Shown here piece by piece: positions 1-8,937 of a stretch of DNA of 30,135 nt. The stretch is from contig JAYZAC010000050.1 of assembly GCA_036339875.1 (NCBI GenBank), forward strand, positions 1 to 30,135, given 5' to 3'. Source of the DNA: a bacterium. GTDB taxonomy: Bacteria > Muiribacteriota > UBA6191. The translations under genes and the position numbers were made by a program. The notes beneath the pieces are model-generated. The model had not been told where the DNA came from and ran no database searches. It worked only from the letters and a program-made list of their open reading frames with translations. Position 1 is the stretch's first letter. The number at the start of each line of letters is the position of its first letter.

Positions 1-501
1 CTTGAAATGGGAGAAGGATACTTAGATCGTACTTTAGAACTGGATCCAACTCACAAAAAAGCTCTAATCGCTAAAGCTAGACTAGCTATGCGAAGGGGTC
101 AAATGCGTACTGCAACTAAACTTTATGCGCACTATGTCAAAAACTATCCCACAGATATGGATATAAGAGCCGTTTTAGGCAATCTATACTTTCAGCAAGG
201 CCTTGATGAAAATGCAAAATTTGAACTTTTAAAAGCAGTTAAACGTAATCCTACTTCGAAGGTTTTGTATCATCTAGGAGTCATTTACCATCGTCGAAAT
301 AATCTCAAGAGAGCTCAAAAATTCTACGATAAAGCCCTTCAAAAAGATCCGAATCATGTAGATTGTTTGGTGAGTATGGGGGAGTTATTTGAACGCGTTG
401 GACAATCTCGACGGGCACTATTGCATTTCGAAAGAGCTTACGGATTAGAGCCTGAAAATCAGTATATTCGCAAAAAAGTAGTTAAGTTACGACGTGGTTG
501 A
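1..501 (+). CDS. Tetratricopeptide-repeat protein, probably 5'-truncated by the window edge
   Basis: Repeated TPR-like units (LELDPTHKKALIAKA, LYHLGVIY...ALQKDPNH...LVSMGELF...AYGLEPEN). The frame is open upstream of ATG 7. The stop overlaps the next start (TTGA 498-501). Confidence 0.85.
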   Translation, partial: LEMGEGYLDRTLELDPTHKKALIAKARLAMRRGQMRTATKLYAHYVKNYPTDMDIRAVLGNLYFQQGLDENAKFELLKAVKRNPTSKVLYHLGVIYHRRNNLKRAQKFYDKALQKDPNHVDCLVSMGELFERVGQSRRALLHFERAYGLEPENQYIRKKVVKLRRG

Positions 502-1415
502 ATAGTCTAGTGTGTGATTATAAAAACTACAAGTCGGCTTACATTGCTATTTTAGGTTTACCAAATTCGGGTAAATCGACACTCCTAAACTCACTCGTTG
601 AGAAAGAATTATGCATAACATCTGATCGTCCACAAACTACTCGAAATAGCATCTTAGGTATAAGGCATTCCATCGACTACCAAATGCTCTTCCTAGACAC
701 TCCGGGGTGGCATCAGGGTAAACTTAAAATCGACAACTTTTTTCGCACGCAAGTGGAGCAAAGTATATCTGATGCAGACTTGATACTTTTTGTTATCGAT
801 GCTCGCCACCCGAAAGAACATAAAAACCAAGAATTCTTAGAGTTCCTAACAAAAAAAAGTAACAAACCTGTCATTTTAGTACTGACGAAAATTGACTCTA
901 TTAAGCAATCAGCTCTAATTGCATTAATGCAAAACCTGCACTCCCAATTCACTAAAGTAAAAGAATTAATTCCCGTTTCAGCACAAGAAAATAAAAATGT
1001 TGAAAACTTGATAAATCTCCTTTTAGATAATATGCAACCGGGTCCCCCTTATTACCCTCCGGAATACTTTACTGATAAATCGACTTCTTTTCTTCTAGGC
1101 GAATTTACCCGCGAATATTTATTCCGAAATCTAGACCAAGAGGTTCCGTTCTCTTGTGCAACTGTAGTTGAGGAGTTTAATGAAAGCGATAATCGCATTA
1201 ATGCACAGATTTCTATTTATGTTGAAAGAAAGGGACAAAAACTTATTTTACTAGGGCCCTCGGGTGCCCTTATTCGTGAAATCAAGTCGAAGACTATTCA
1301 AAAGGCACGTAAATTCTTCAAGAAAAAAGTTGACCTTCAAATATGGGTAAAAGTTAAGGCTAAATGGAGACAAGATGCAAATATCCTGTCACAAATTGGA
1401 TATAAACTTGGCTAG
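498..1415 (+). CDS. era: GTPase Era
   Basis: G1 GLPNSGKS, G2 PQTTR, G3 DTPG, G4 TKID, GPPYYP linker and a C-terminal type-II KH domain (LLGPSG...LQIWVKVKAKWR). The TTG start is uncertain. Confidence 0.96.
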   Translation: MNSLVCDYKNYKSAYIAILGLPNSGKSTLLNSLVEKELCITSDRPQTTRNSILGIRHSIDYQMLFLDTPGWHQGKLKIDNFFRTQVEQSISDADLILFVIDARHPKEHKNQEFLEFLTKKSNKPVILVLTKIDSIKQSALIALMQNLHSQFTKVKELIPVSAQENKNVENLINLLLDNMQPGPPYYPPEYFTDKSTSFLLGEFTREYLFRNLDQEVPFSCATVVEEFNESDNRINAQISIYVERKGQKLILLGPSGALIREIKSKTIQKARKFFKKKVDLQIWVKVKAKWRQDANILSQIGYKLG

Positions 1416-1430
1416 AAAATACTTCATTTC

Positions 1431-1459
1431 TTGCAGTAATACGGGCTTTTTGGTATCTA
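1431..1459 (+). promoter_or_regulatory. Weak candidate sigma70-type promoter for lepB
   Basis: TTGCAG (1431-1436), 17 nt spacer, TATCTA (1454-1459) preceded by TG-n. The -10 lacks the conserved final T. No SD before ATG 1469. Confidence 0.25.
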
Positions 1460-1468
1460 TTTAGCCTT

Positions 1469-2782
1469 ATGTCAAAACTACCTCCATTTCTTAAAAATGT
1501 TTATCTGAGTGGATTTCAGCGCGATGGTCTAATCACCGTGCTAATAGATGATCAAGAAGAGGTTGACTACAAAAAATTTCGTAGCAACTCATACATATTC
1601 AATAATCCCCTTGTTAAACTCCGCTTTGAGTTCACTGAGGAACCGGAAAACTTTCAAATACAGGGTAGCTTCGGCGAAAATCCAATTCGAGTAGTAAAAC
1701 CCAGAGGTGATAAGGGTGAGGTGCTGGTAGAAACTGGAACAGAACGAGTCAGAACCAGCCCCTTACACCGTGGCAAAAATGTTTTTAGGATTTCTACAGG
1801 TGATGGACAGTTTTGGGATCTTGTAATTTATCACAAAACTGTCATTAGAGATTGGGTTGAGGGTCTTGCTAGAGCTGTTATATTAATAGTAGGACTAAAC
1901 ACCTTCGTGATTCAAGGATCCTACATCCCTTCTGCTTCAATGATGAATACTCTCATAGAGGGTGATTACATATGGGTAAATAAAGCCGCATATGTGTTAT
2001 CTGAACCACAGAGAGGTGATGTGGTCGTCTTTAACTTCCCTTTGGATCCAACACGTGACTTTATCAAGCGCCTCATCGGAATACCGGGTGATAAGATTAA
2101 AATTCAAAATAAAAAACTCATACTAAATGGAAAAATAATGCAGGAAGATTTTATTCTTCAAGATTATGCATTAATTCTTGCTGACCCGAAACTACAGAAA
2201 GAGTCCAATTTACCTCCCCCAGCAATGATAGAAATGCCAATCGAACTTTTATTCTCGGATGGCTTAAATACTATATTACCTGCTGATTCCTACATTGTTG
2301 AATGGACACCTGATTTATTATCTTCCAAAAAGAATCCATTCATTGCCATGAACCCTAAATGCGGAGTTGGAGATAGCATCGATTTAAAGGAACGAGTCCC
2401 AGGTAAAAGCCGCTTTTCGACTCCATTGAAGATCTTAGCAACAGCCGAACAAGAAACCCCTCTACAGTTGAAGGAAACTGGTCTCATAATTAATCAAGAA
2501 TTAGTCGCATTTGGAAAATTTAAAGTCTTTCAACGTATTGATAAAGTTCCTTCAAATCAAGATTTCATAAACCCTGCAAACACGATGGAAGAACTTACAG
2601 TACCTGAAAATACATACTTTGTAATGGGTGACAATCGAGACAACTCTCAAGATTCGAGATTTTGGGGATTTGTTGATCGATCTAATCTCAAAGGTAGAGC
2701 CTTCTTTCTATATTTTCCTTTTGGTCGAATGAAATCGATTAGACGCCGATTTGGTAAACCTTCGTTGACCACAAAGCCCTAA
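1469..2782 (+). CDS. lepB: Signal peptidase I (S26) with an N-terminal extension and a large insertion
   Basis: Catalytic Ser box IPSASMMNTL, RGDVVVF, catalytic Lys box DFIKRLIGIPGD and MGDNRDNSQDSRFWG. One TM helix at about aa 132-150. Confidence 0.95.
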   Translation: MSKLPPFLKNVYLSGFQRDGLITVLIDDQEEVDYKKFRSNSYIFNNPLVKLRFEFTEEPENFQIQGSFGENPIRVVKPRGDKGEVLVETGTERVRTSPLHRGKNVFRISTGDGQFWDLVIYHKTVIRDWVEGLARAVILIVGLNTFVIQGSYIPSASMMNTLIEGDYIWVNKAAYVLSEPQRGDVVVFNFPLDPTRDFIKRLIGIPGDKIKIQNKKLILNGKIMQEDFILQDYALILADPKLQKESNLPPPAMIEMPIELLFSDGLNTILPADSYIVEWTPDLLSSKKNPFIAMNPKCGVGDSIDLKERVPGKSRFSTPLKILATAEQETPLQLKETGLIINQELVAFGKFKVFQRIDKVPSNQDFINPANTMEELTVPENTYFVMGDNRDNSQDSRFWGFVDRSNLKGRAFFLYFPFGRMKSIRRRFGKPSLTTKP

Positions 2783-2788
2783 AATGTA

Positions 2789-4057
2789 ATGTATAGTTTT
2801 AAATTAGTATCGCTATTATTTTTTTCTTACTTTCTTGCAATTAACACATGGGCATCCACGAATGACTTTATCGAGTACAAAAAGCGTTATGCACCTGAGT
2901 CAAATGCATTGATACCTCCTAGTGAGGCAACTTTGAAAAAATACGAATCTATGAGTGGAGCTCAAAGAGCTCTTTTCATGGAGCGATATTTTTCTCGATT
3001 TACTTATCAAAATGCACGTAGAAGCATTCTAATGCAAGTGGATGAACGTGGTATTGACGCTGTATTACAAGTTTATCCATTACGAATTGTCAAACAATTT
3101 ACGAGAATCCGTACCTATGAAGTGGTTGTTCCAAATTTTACTAATCCTGACGATTTCGTGGCAGATCTTAAATCAAATTTTCCTGGATTAAGTGTGGAGA
3201 AAAATATTGAAATTCGCAGTTTCGCTAGCGATCAAATATCAACAGATATCATTAAAATACTTCAATGGGATAGATTAAAACAATCGATCAATGCTGATTT
3301 TGGTTTACCAAACAAAAAAATTAAAGTGGGAGTTTTAGATACAGGAATCGAAAACCATATTGATTTACCGCCTATACAAGGAGCTACAAGAGATCGCAAC
3401 GGCCATGGTACTCATGTAGCCGGACTTATCGGCTCAATTTCTGGTAATCACCTTGGAACTGATGGAATTACTGCAGAAGCAATTCTTTCCAACTATCCGG
3501 TTCTAGGACCCAGTGGTAAAGGCAACCTGCTCGATTTAATTTCAGCACTCATGAAAGCTTGGCGAGAGGATTGTAAGATTTTACAGCTCAGTTTAGGCAC
3601 TTACGAATACTCACGCATACTGTATGATACTTTGACTTTTCTAGCCAAACAAGGTGTCGTTATGGTTGCTGCTGCAGGTAATGATTCTCGAAGTGAACCT
3701 GCATTGCCGGCTATGCATCCACTGGTAATTGGAGTGGGGAGTCATGATTCCGATAGAAATCAGAGTCTGTTTAGTAATAGAGGCATAAATCAGATAGTTA
3801 GCCTTCCCGGTGAAAACATTATTTCAACGCTTCCTAATAATCAATTCGGTCCAATGACAGGAACCAGTATGGCCGCACCATTACTTACTGGAATATTGGT
3901 AGAATTGCTCTGCCGTCGAATTAATACTATTGAAATAAGAAAGTTGATGGATGTTTTCGCGGAGCACGCGAAAGAAGTAACTGCCGAGAATAAAAAGCAG
4001 CATGCTCCTTTTGATGGTTATGTTTTTGTGAAACTTTACAAACCGATACACCAATAA
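2789..4057 (+). CDS. Secreted subtilisin-like S8 serine peptidase
   Basis: Signal peptide (..NTWA|S), propeptide-like region, triad motifs VGVLDTG / NGHGTHVAG / GTSMAAP and oxyanion motif AAAGND. Confidence 0.93.
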   Translation: MYSFKLVSLLFFSYFLAINTWASTNDFIEYKKRYAPESNALIPPSEATLKKYESMSGAQRALFMERYFSRFTYQNARRSILMQVDERGIDAVLQVYPLRIVKQFTRIRTYEVVVPNFTNPDDFVADLKSNFPGLSVEKNIEIRSFASDQISTDIIKILQWDRLKQSINADFGLPNKKIKVGVLDTGIENHIDLPPIQGATRDRNGHGTHVAGLIGSISGNHLGTDGITAEAILSNYPVLGPSGKGNLLDLISALMKAWREDCKILQLSLGTYEYSRILYDTLTFLAKQGVVMVAAAGNDSRSEPALPAMHPLVIGVGSHDSDRNQSLFSNRGINQIVSLPGENIISTLPNNQFGPMTGTSMAAPLLTGILVELLCRRINTIEIRKLMDVFAEHAKEVTAENKKQHAPFDGYVFVKLYKPIHQ

Positions 4058-4064
4058 ATTTTGC

Positions 4065-4091
4065 GAACTTTTGTTTAAGATGTAAGTCTAA
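4065..4091 (+). promoter_or_regulatory. ECF (sigmaE/AlgU-type) promoter
   Basis: GAACTT (4065-4070), 16 nt, TCTAA (4087-4091), in the 65-nt intergenic gap and 31 nt before ATG 4123. Matches the RpoE/AlgU consensus GAACTT-N16-TCTnA. Confidence 0.6.
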
Positions 4092-4122
4092 CTACCTTAT
4101 AAGTGCTTTCAATGGATCCTTT

Positions 4123-5376
4123 ATGCTAAATATTCATAAATTTATAATCATTTCTCTGATTGCAAATTTATTCCTTCTCCATATGACATTCTGTGGGTCA
4201 GCAGGAATTAAAAATGGAAACATCAGAGGTCTAGTTTTAGACAATAATAGAAACGGACTTCCAGGTGTATCTGTTCTATTAGTTAAAGAGGGTAAACCAC
4301 CCATTATTCGAACAACAATTAGTAATTCTAAAGGGGAATATTATTTCAACAGTGCACCCATCGGTAAGTATTCACTGGGTTATTCTAAATTGGGATTTAA
4401 ATCTATTTTAGTTAATAAAACCAACACTGGTGTTGAAACTGCTTTTGGAAATCAAGTTAAGACTTACGTGGAAAGCGGTTCCTCTGTCAGAATTCCTGCA
4501 ATTACGCTAAGGTCACTAGGCGCCTTTGGCTTAGCTCCTGTGGCATTAAAGCTAATTGATCAGATCACTGGCGAACCAATAAATAAGGCTAACGTTATCT
4601 TAGGCGGTCAGTCCGGAAAGAACTCACAAGCTAACGGTGAATTCAAATTGAAAATTACGATTCCACCTACAAATGAAAATTTGAAACCTTTCGACTTAAA
4701 AATCTCAGCACCCGGGTTTGAAAGCCTTAACGACAAATTATCGATTGTTCCTCAGCAGAAAAATTCATTTATAATATCTTTGGACCCTATTACGGCAACC
4801 ATAGAAGGTCAAATAGATTTTTCTGCTTTTCCCTTTGCAAATCTGGATTCTATAACCAGCATCTCGGTATCCAATATTCCATCTGATCTTCTTGACCCTA
4901 AAATAGATTCTACAGGACGGTTCAGTGTCAAAGTTCCAGTATCCACAGAGAATAATATTAGAAAGTTCGATATAAACATTAAGACTCGAGGATTTGAAGC
5001 TATCAAAGTACCAAACGTCACCGCGCCAATGGCAGGAGCTTATACAATAATCCAACCTATTCGAATAGTAGCAGTCACAACTCCTGTTACTGGGAAGGTT
5101 CTATCAAATCGTGGCTCAATCCCAATTCCATCAGGAATCAATCAAGCCTTCATAAAAGAATTAGGTTTAACAACGAGCATCAACGCTGGAACTTACCTTT
5201 TTCAGGCTATTCCAATTGGAATTAATTTGACCGTTGAAATAATTATTATGAATAATTTCGGTGGCATAGAAAAGGGTTCGCTAGACTTTCTAACAACCAT
5301 TAATAGTCAAGGAAATTTCACTTTACCAACAGTTATAACTCAGCCAATTAAAAGTCTAGATAACAAACAACCCTAA
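4123..5376 (+). CDS. Exported protein (possible lipoprotein) with tandem carboxypeptidase-regulatory-like beta-sandwich domains
   Basis: Hydrophobic N-terminus ending MTFC-GSAG. Repeated modules of the type GxVxD..G.P...V.V...T...G.Y/F (GLVLDNNRNGLPGVSV; LIDQITGEPINKANV; DSTGRFSV; GKVLSNRG). Confidence 0.75.
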   Translation: MLNIHKFIIISLIANLFLLHMTFCGSAGIKNGNIRGLVLDNNRNGLPGVSVLLVKEGKPPIIRTTISNSKGEYYFNSAPIGKYSLGYSKLGFKSILVNKTNTGVETAFGNQVKTYVESGSSVRIPAITLRSLGAFGLAPVALKLIDQITGEPINKANVILGGQSGKNSQANGEFKLKITIPPTNENLKPFDLKISAPGFESLNDKLSIVPQQKNSFIISLDPITATIEGQIDFSAFPFANLDSITSISVSNIPSDLLDPKIDSTGRFSVKVPVSTENNIRKFDINIKTRGFEAIKVPNVTAPMAGAYTIIQPIRIVAVTTPVTGKVLSNRGSIPIPSGINQAFIKELGLTTSINAGTYLFQAIPIGINLTVEIIIMNNFGGIEKGSLDFLTTINSQGNFTLPTVITQPIKSLDNKQP

Positions 5377-5405
5377 ATTCCCTTTATTCAGCTCACATTC
5401 CCAGT

Positions 5406-5411
5406 TATAAT
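5406..5411 (+). promoter_or_regulatory. Candidate sigma70 -10 box upstream of the diguanylate cyclase
   Basis: Perfect TATAAT in the intergenic gap. The -35 position (TTTATT, 5383-5388) is a poor match. Confidence 0.35.
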
Positions 5412-5443
5412 CGGGTCTTCTAAATTCAAGATCAATCGTATCA

Positions 5444-7570
5444 ATGAGAGTTATAAATTTCCGCTTAAATAAAGTTAACTACAAGTTAGCCGGTACTTTT
5501 TTGTTACTGATGCTGACAACAGCAGTCCCAATAGGACTGTTCTCACTCACTGAACAAGAGAAATTGATCCGTTCTTACATGAATAAAACCGATGAAGCAT
5601 TCGCTAATTTTATAGCAAGTCATGTTATAGGAACCCTCAGGTTAACCAGAGTCTACATGGAAAAATACTCTATGCAACCTCAATTTCTTGAGATGAAAAT
5701 TGAGCATATTCAAAATAGTCTACAAGAATTTGTTAACAAAAATCCTCTTTACAGGGGAGCTGGAGTTTATGATCATAAGAAAAACTTGATTGCCAAAACT
5801 ACAAGATTTTTAGAGGTTCAAGACTTACGAGCACTATTCTCAAAGTCATTACTCCATTTGTATGGTATGAGTCTTTATGAAAATCTACCAAATGACTCTT
5901 TTGGGGTGAACAGAAAAAATCACCCTCAACTAAGAACTTTAATTTATAAAAATAACAGCATTCAAGGTGTCTTAATCGTTCAGTTAGACATGTCTTTTTA
6001 TCAAAAAAATCTTAATGATCTCAAAATATTTCTTGAATATACTAACGAATATTCAGATATATATATCCTCGATGATCACCGAAAAATTATCAGTAAATCA
6101 AAAAATAGTAAGCACAAAATCGGAGATATTCTACCTTCCAGTTTTTTATATAGAAGCGGTGCATATGTCAAAGATCTTCAAGAAATTTTGGGAGATAACG
6201 GTACCTCGGCTCAAGGACATGATGATACCCCTCCCTGGCAGGTCGTATTCGTACCCAAAGGAACTAGTTCTGAAAATCTTAAAAATTTCAAAGTGACTTT
6301 CGCATATTATGTTCTTATTTTTCTTTTTATTGCAGCGACATTAGGATTCTGGGTAGCTGGGAAAATAACGAAACCCGTTCGTCGATTGGTGTATTCTACA
6401 GAAAAGATAGCTCTGGGTGATTTAGACGTTCAAGTTTCTGCTTCGTCAGATGATGAGATTGGTGAATTGGCAGAGAAATTTGATGTAATGCGCAGAAACT
6501 TGCGAGATTATCAAAACCACTTGAAAAAGAAAATTACTGAACTTCAAACCCTTTATCAAGTAGGCACAATAGTATCGAGCGAGCTCGAATACAGTATATT
6601 GTTGAGAACAATACTGGATACTGTAATTGATGTGATGGCTGCAGAAAAAGGATCTATAATGATCTACGATGAGAAGACAAATTTACTAAAGATAGCCATG
6701 GCTAAAGGACTTCAAAAAGATGTGATTCGTAAAACAGTTTTAGCTAGTGGTGAATCTGTAGCGGGACATGTCTTTCAAACTCAACAACCCATGCTCGTCT
6801 TGGATACACTTAAAGATGATCATTTTGTAAAACTAAAACGTAAAAATATAACACCTGGAACAATGTTGTCCGTACCATTGGTTAGTAAAGACAGAGCATT
6901 AGGAGTGATGAATATTTCTAAGTCGATGCCTTACAGCTTCAATGATTACGATCTGAGTTTATTTCATGCTATTGCTAATATATGTGCTACCGCAATGGAT
7001 AATGCTCGCTTATATAAAATGGCAATTACCGATGAAATGACTGGTTTGTATGTAAGACGATTCTTTTATCAAAATGCTAATCATTTGATAACGAAATCGA
7101 AGGAACCTTTTGCACTAATAATGTTAGATATAGACCATTTCAAAAATTTTAATGATACTTACGGTCATCAATGTGGTGATAACGTGCTTATTCAAGTTGC
7201 CAGAACAATTGCTAGCTCGGTAAGAGATTGCGATATCCCCTGCAGACTTGGTGGCGAAGAATTTGCAATCATATGTCCAGGGCAAAATGCTCAAGAGGCA
7301 GAAACACCATCCAATCGGCTTAGAGATTTAATTTCGCAAACTCCATTAAAGCTTAATAATAATGATAATGCTAATATTACGGTCTCAATAGGAATTGCCT
7401 CTTATCCAACAGATGCTGGCGATATAGAAGACTTATACGAAGCTGCCGACAAAGCACTATATCATTCCAAACAAAATGGTCGTAATCTAGTAACCACGTA
7501 TGAAAATTACAAAGTTAATAGATCTAAAACTGACCGCAATAACAATGCAGAATTAGAAAGGACAACATGA
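5444..7570 (+). CDS. Membrane diguanylate cyclase (TM, Cache-like sensor, TM, HAMP, GAF, GGDEF)
   Basis: Two TM helices, HAMP (KPVRRL...DEIGELAEKFDVM), GAF (GSIMIYD...LSVPLV...ALGVMNI), TDEMTGL, MLDIDHFKNFNDTYGH, I-site RDCD and active site GGEEF. Confidence 0.95.
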   Translation: MRVINFRLNKVNYKLAGTFLLLMLTTAVPIGLFSLTEQEKLIRSYMNKTDEAFANFIASHVIGTLRLTRVYMEKYSMQPQFLEMKIEHIQNSLQEFVNKNPLYRGAGVYDHKKNLIAKTTRFLEVQDLRALFSKSLLHLYGMSLYENLPNDSFGVNRKNHPQLRTLIYKNNSIQGVLIVQLDMSFYQKNLNDLKIFLEYTNEYSDIYILDDHRKIISKSKNSKHKIGDILPSSFLYRSGAYVKDLQEILGDNGTSAQGHDDTPPWQVVFVPKGTSSENLKNFKVTFAYYVLIFLFIAATLGFWVAGKITKPVRRLVYSTEKIALGDLDVQVSASSDDEIGELAEKFDVMRRNLRDYQNHLKKKITELQTLYQVGTIVSSELEYSILLRTILDTVIDVMAAEKGSIMIYDEKTNLLKIAMAKGLQKDVIRKTVLASGESVAGHVFQTQQPMLVLDTLKDDHFVKLKRKNITPGTMLSVPLVSKDRALGVMNISKSMPYSFNDYDLSLFHAIANICATAMDNARLYKMAITDEMTGLYVRRFFYQNANHLITKSKEPFALIMLDIDHFKNFNDTYGHQCGDNVLIQVARTIASSVRDCDIPCRLGGEEFAIICPGQNAQEAETPSNRLRDLISQTPLKLNNNDNANITVSIGIASYPTDAGDIEDLYEAADKALYHSKQNGRNLVTTYENYKVNRSKTDRNNNAELERTT

Positions 7571-8937
7571 ACCGCTGGCAACGCATATTATATGATTCAA
7601 GTTTTTTGCTTAGCTTACTCTTGTTCTATTATGCTGGAATAAAAGCAATGCCTGAAGAATATCATTTCGAATTTCAAAAGATATTCGCACCCTGTGTTTT
7701 TATAGGAGTCTTAATAGAAGGATTCCGAAGATTTCTAAGTCGAAGTTATGAAAGAAGTGTCATCAAATTTCTACAGGAACTTCTGCGTTCACAAAAATTG
7801 GAAATCCGAGCCCTAGATCAACAGCATCCTCTTCATCATTTTCAACAAGGATTCGTAGAGGTAATGCAGGCTGTAGAATCTGCAAGTAGATCACGTTTAC
7901 CTGAGGGCAGTCTAAATCCAATCCCTTATTTACAGAACTTACTCAGTAAAGAACGTGGCGGTCGAGAAGTTGCCGAGACCTTTTTGAAAGATCTCCACAA
8001 CCTTTTTCCGGGTGCCGAAATTTATCTTTTTCATGTTGGCCAAGAAAAAATTTATAGTATGGCTAAAATTGGGCATAATGGCAGTACTGAGTTAGAATTT
8101 CATGTTGAATCCAAAGACTTCTCCCTACTATCAGAGTTTTCAGGAAAAGTTTATCAAGAACGAACGACTAGAGTAACAAATGACCTAAAGTCAGATCCAA
8201 ATTTAGGACAATTTATTTCACCTGAAAACCCTAATGTTCCGATCTATGGTGCACTTTTCCCTCTATCAGATGAAAATCGAACAAGAGCATTACTATGGAT
8301 TCGTGAAGGTGGTAGTAGTTTAGAGTCGATTCGAGATCATATCCAAATATTTGAAATGCTTACAGAACAACTATATCAAAGACTTTTTCAAAGGCCTGAC
8401 TTAACTCAAAATTCAGTCTTAGAAGCTCTATCTTTTCCACAATTTGACTACTATTCAAGTTATTTTATGTCTTGCGCTAAAATTCAAAATCGCTATTTCA
8501 ATTTATGTGCGATTTACGTCAAGTTAACAAGTTCTGAAAACCAAAAAGAAACTATACTGGAGTTGGCAGAAATTTTAAGACAACAGGTCGGCCTACCAGC
8601 AACTATGACTCAAGAGGATCAACTATTTTTTATAAGTACTATGACACAAAGCAGACAGGAAGCTATGATCGAAGCAGCTAAAATATTGGATAAACTTGTC
8701 CACTATCTTAGTCTGGAACATGGAGATGAACCAATAGGAGAAGTCAATCTTGGTTTGGTGTCACTATGTGACTTAAATACCCCTTGGCAGGAAGTTTTAC
8801 GTCAGTGCCATTCGACCTTAAAAGAATCACTAAATCAAGGTGCTAATCAATTAAGAGTTTACCAACTACAAAACTTAGAACCCCTTCCACAGGAATCGAT
8901 AAATTTGGATTTAGAAATAAAGCACGGTGAAGCATGA
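7567..8937 (+). CDS. Membrane protein with a GAF domain and a degenerate GGDEF-like domain
   Basis: Two N-terminal TM helices and a GAF-like region. The C-terminus follows the GGDEF pattern (VNLGLVSL; QEVLRQCHSTLKESLNQGANQL) but has TQEDQLF at the GG(D/E)EF position. ATGA overlaps at both ends. Confidence 0.7.
   Translation: MNRWQRILYDSSFLLSLLLFYYAGIKAMPEEYHFEFQKIFAPCVFIGVLIEGFRRFLSRSYERSVIKFLQELLRSQKLEIRALDQQHPLHHFQQGFVEVMQAVESASRSRLPEGSLNPIPYLQNLLSKERGGREVAETFLKDLHNLFPGAEIYLFHVGQEKIYSMAKIGHNGSTELEFHVESKDFSLLSEFSGKVYQERTTRVTNDLKSDPNLGQFISPENPNVPIYGALFPLSDENRTRALLWIREGGSSLESIRDHIQIFEMLTEQLYQRLFQRPDLTQNSVLEALSFPQFDYYSSYFMSCAKIQNRYFNLCAIYVKLTSSENQKETILELAEILRQQVGLPATMTQEDQLFFISTMTQSRQEAMIEAAKILDKLVHYLSLEHGDEPIGEVNLGLVSLCDLNTPWQEVLRQCHSTLKESLNQGANQLRVYQLQNLEPLPQESINLDLEIKHGEA

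Noticed and set aside
4029..4056. TGAAAC at the 3' end of the S8 gene as a SigW-type -35
   Set aside because: No CGT-like -10 at 16-17 nt spacing (CAAT is found instead).
7160..7280. Four cysteines near the GGEEF site as a redox switch
   Set aside because: Cys at these positions (e.g. CRxGGEEF) is not rare in GGDEF domains, and nothing else supports the idea.
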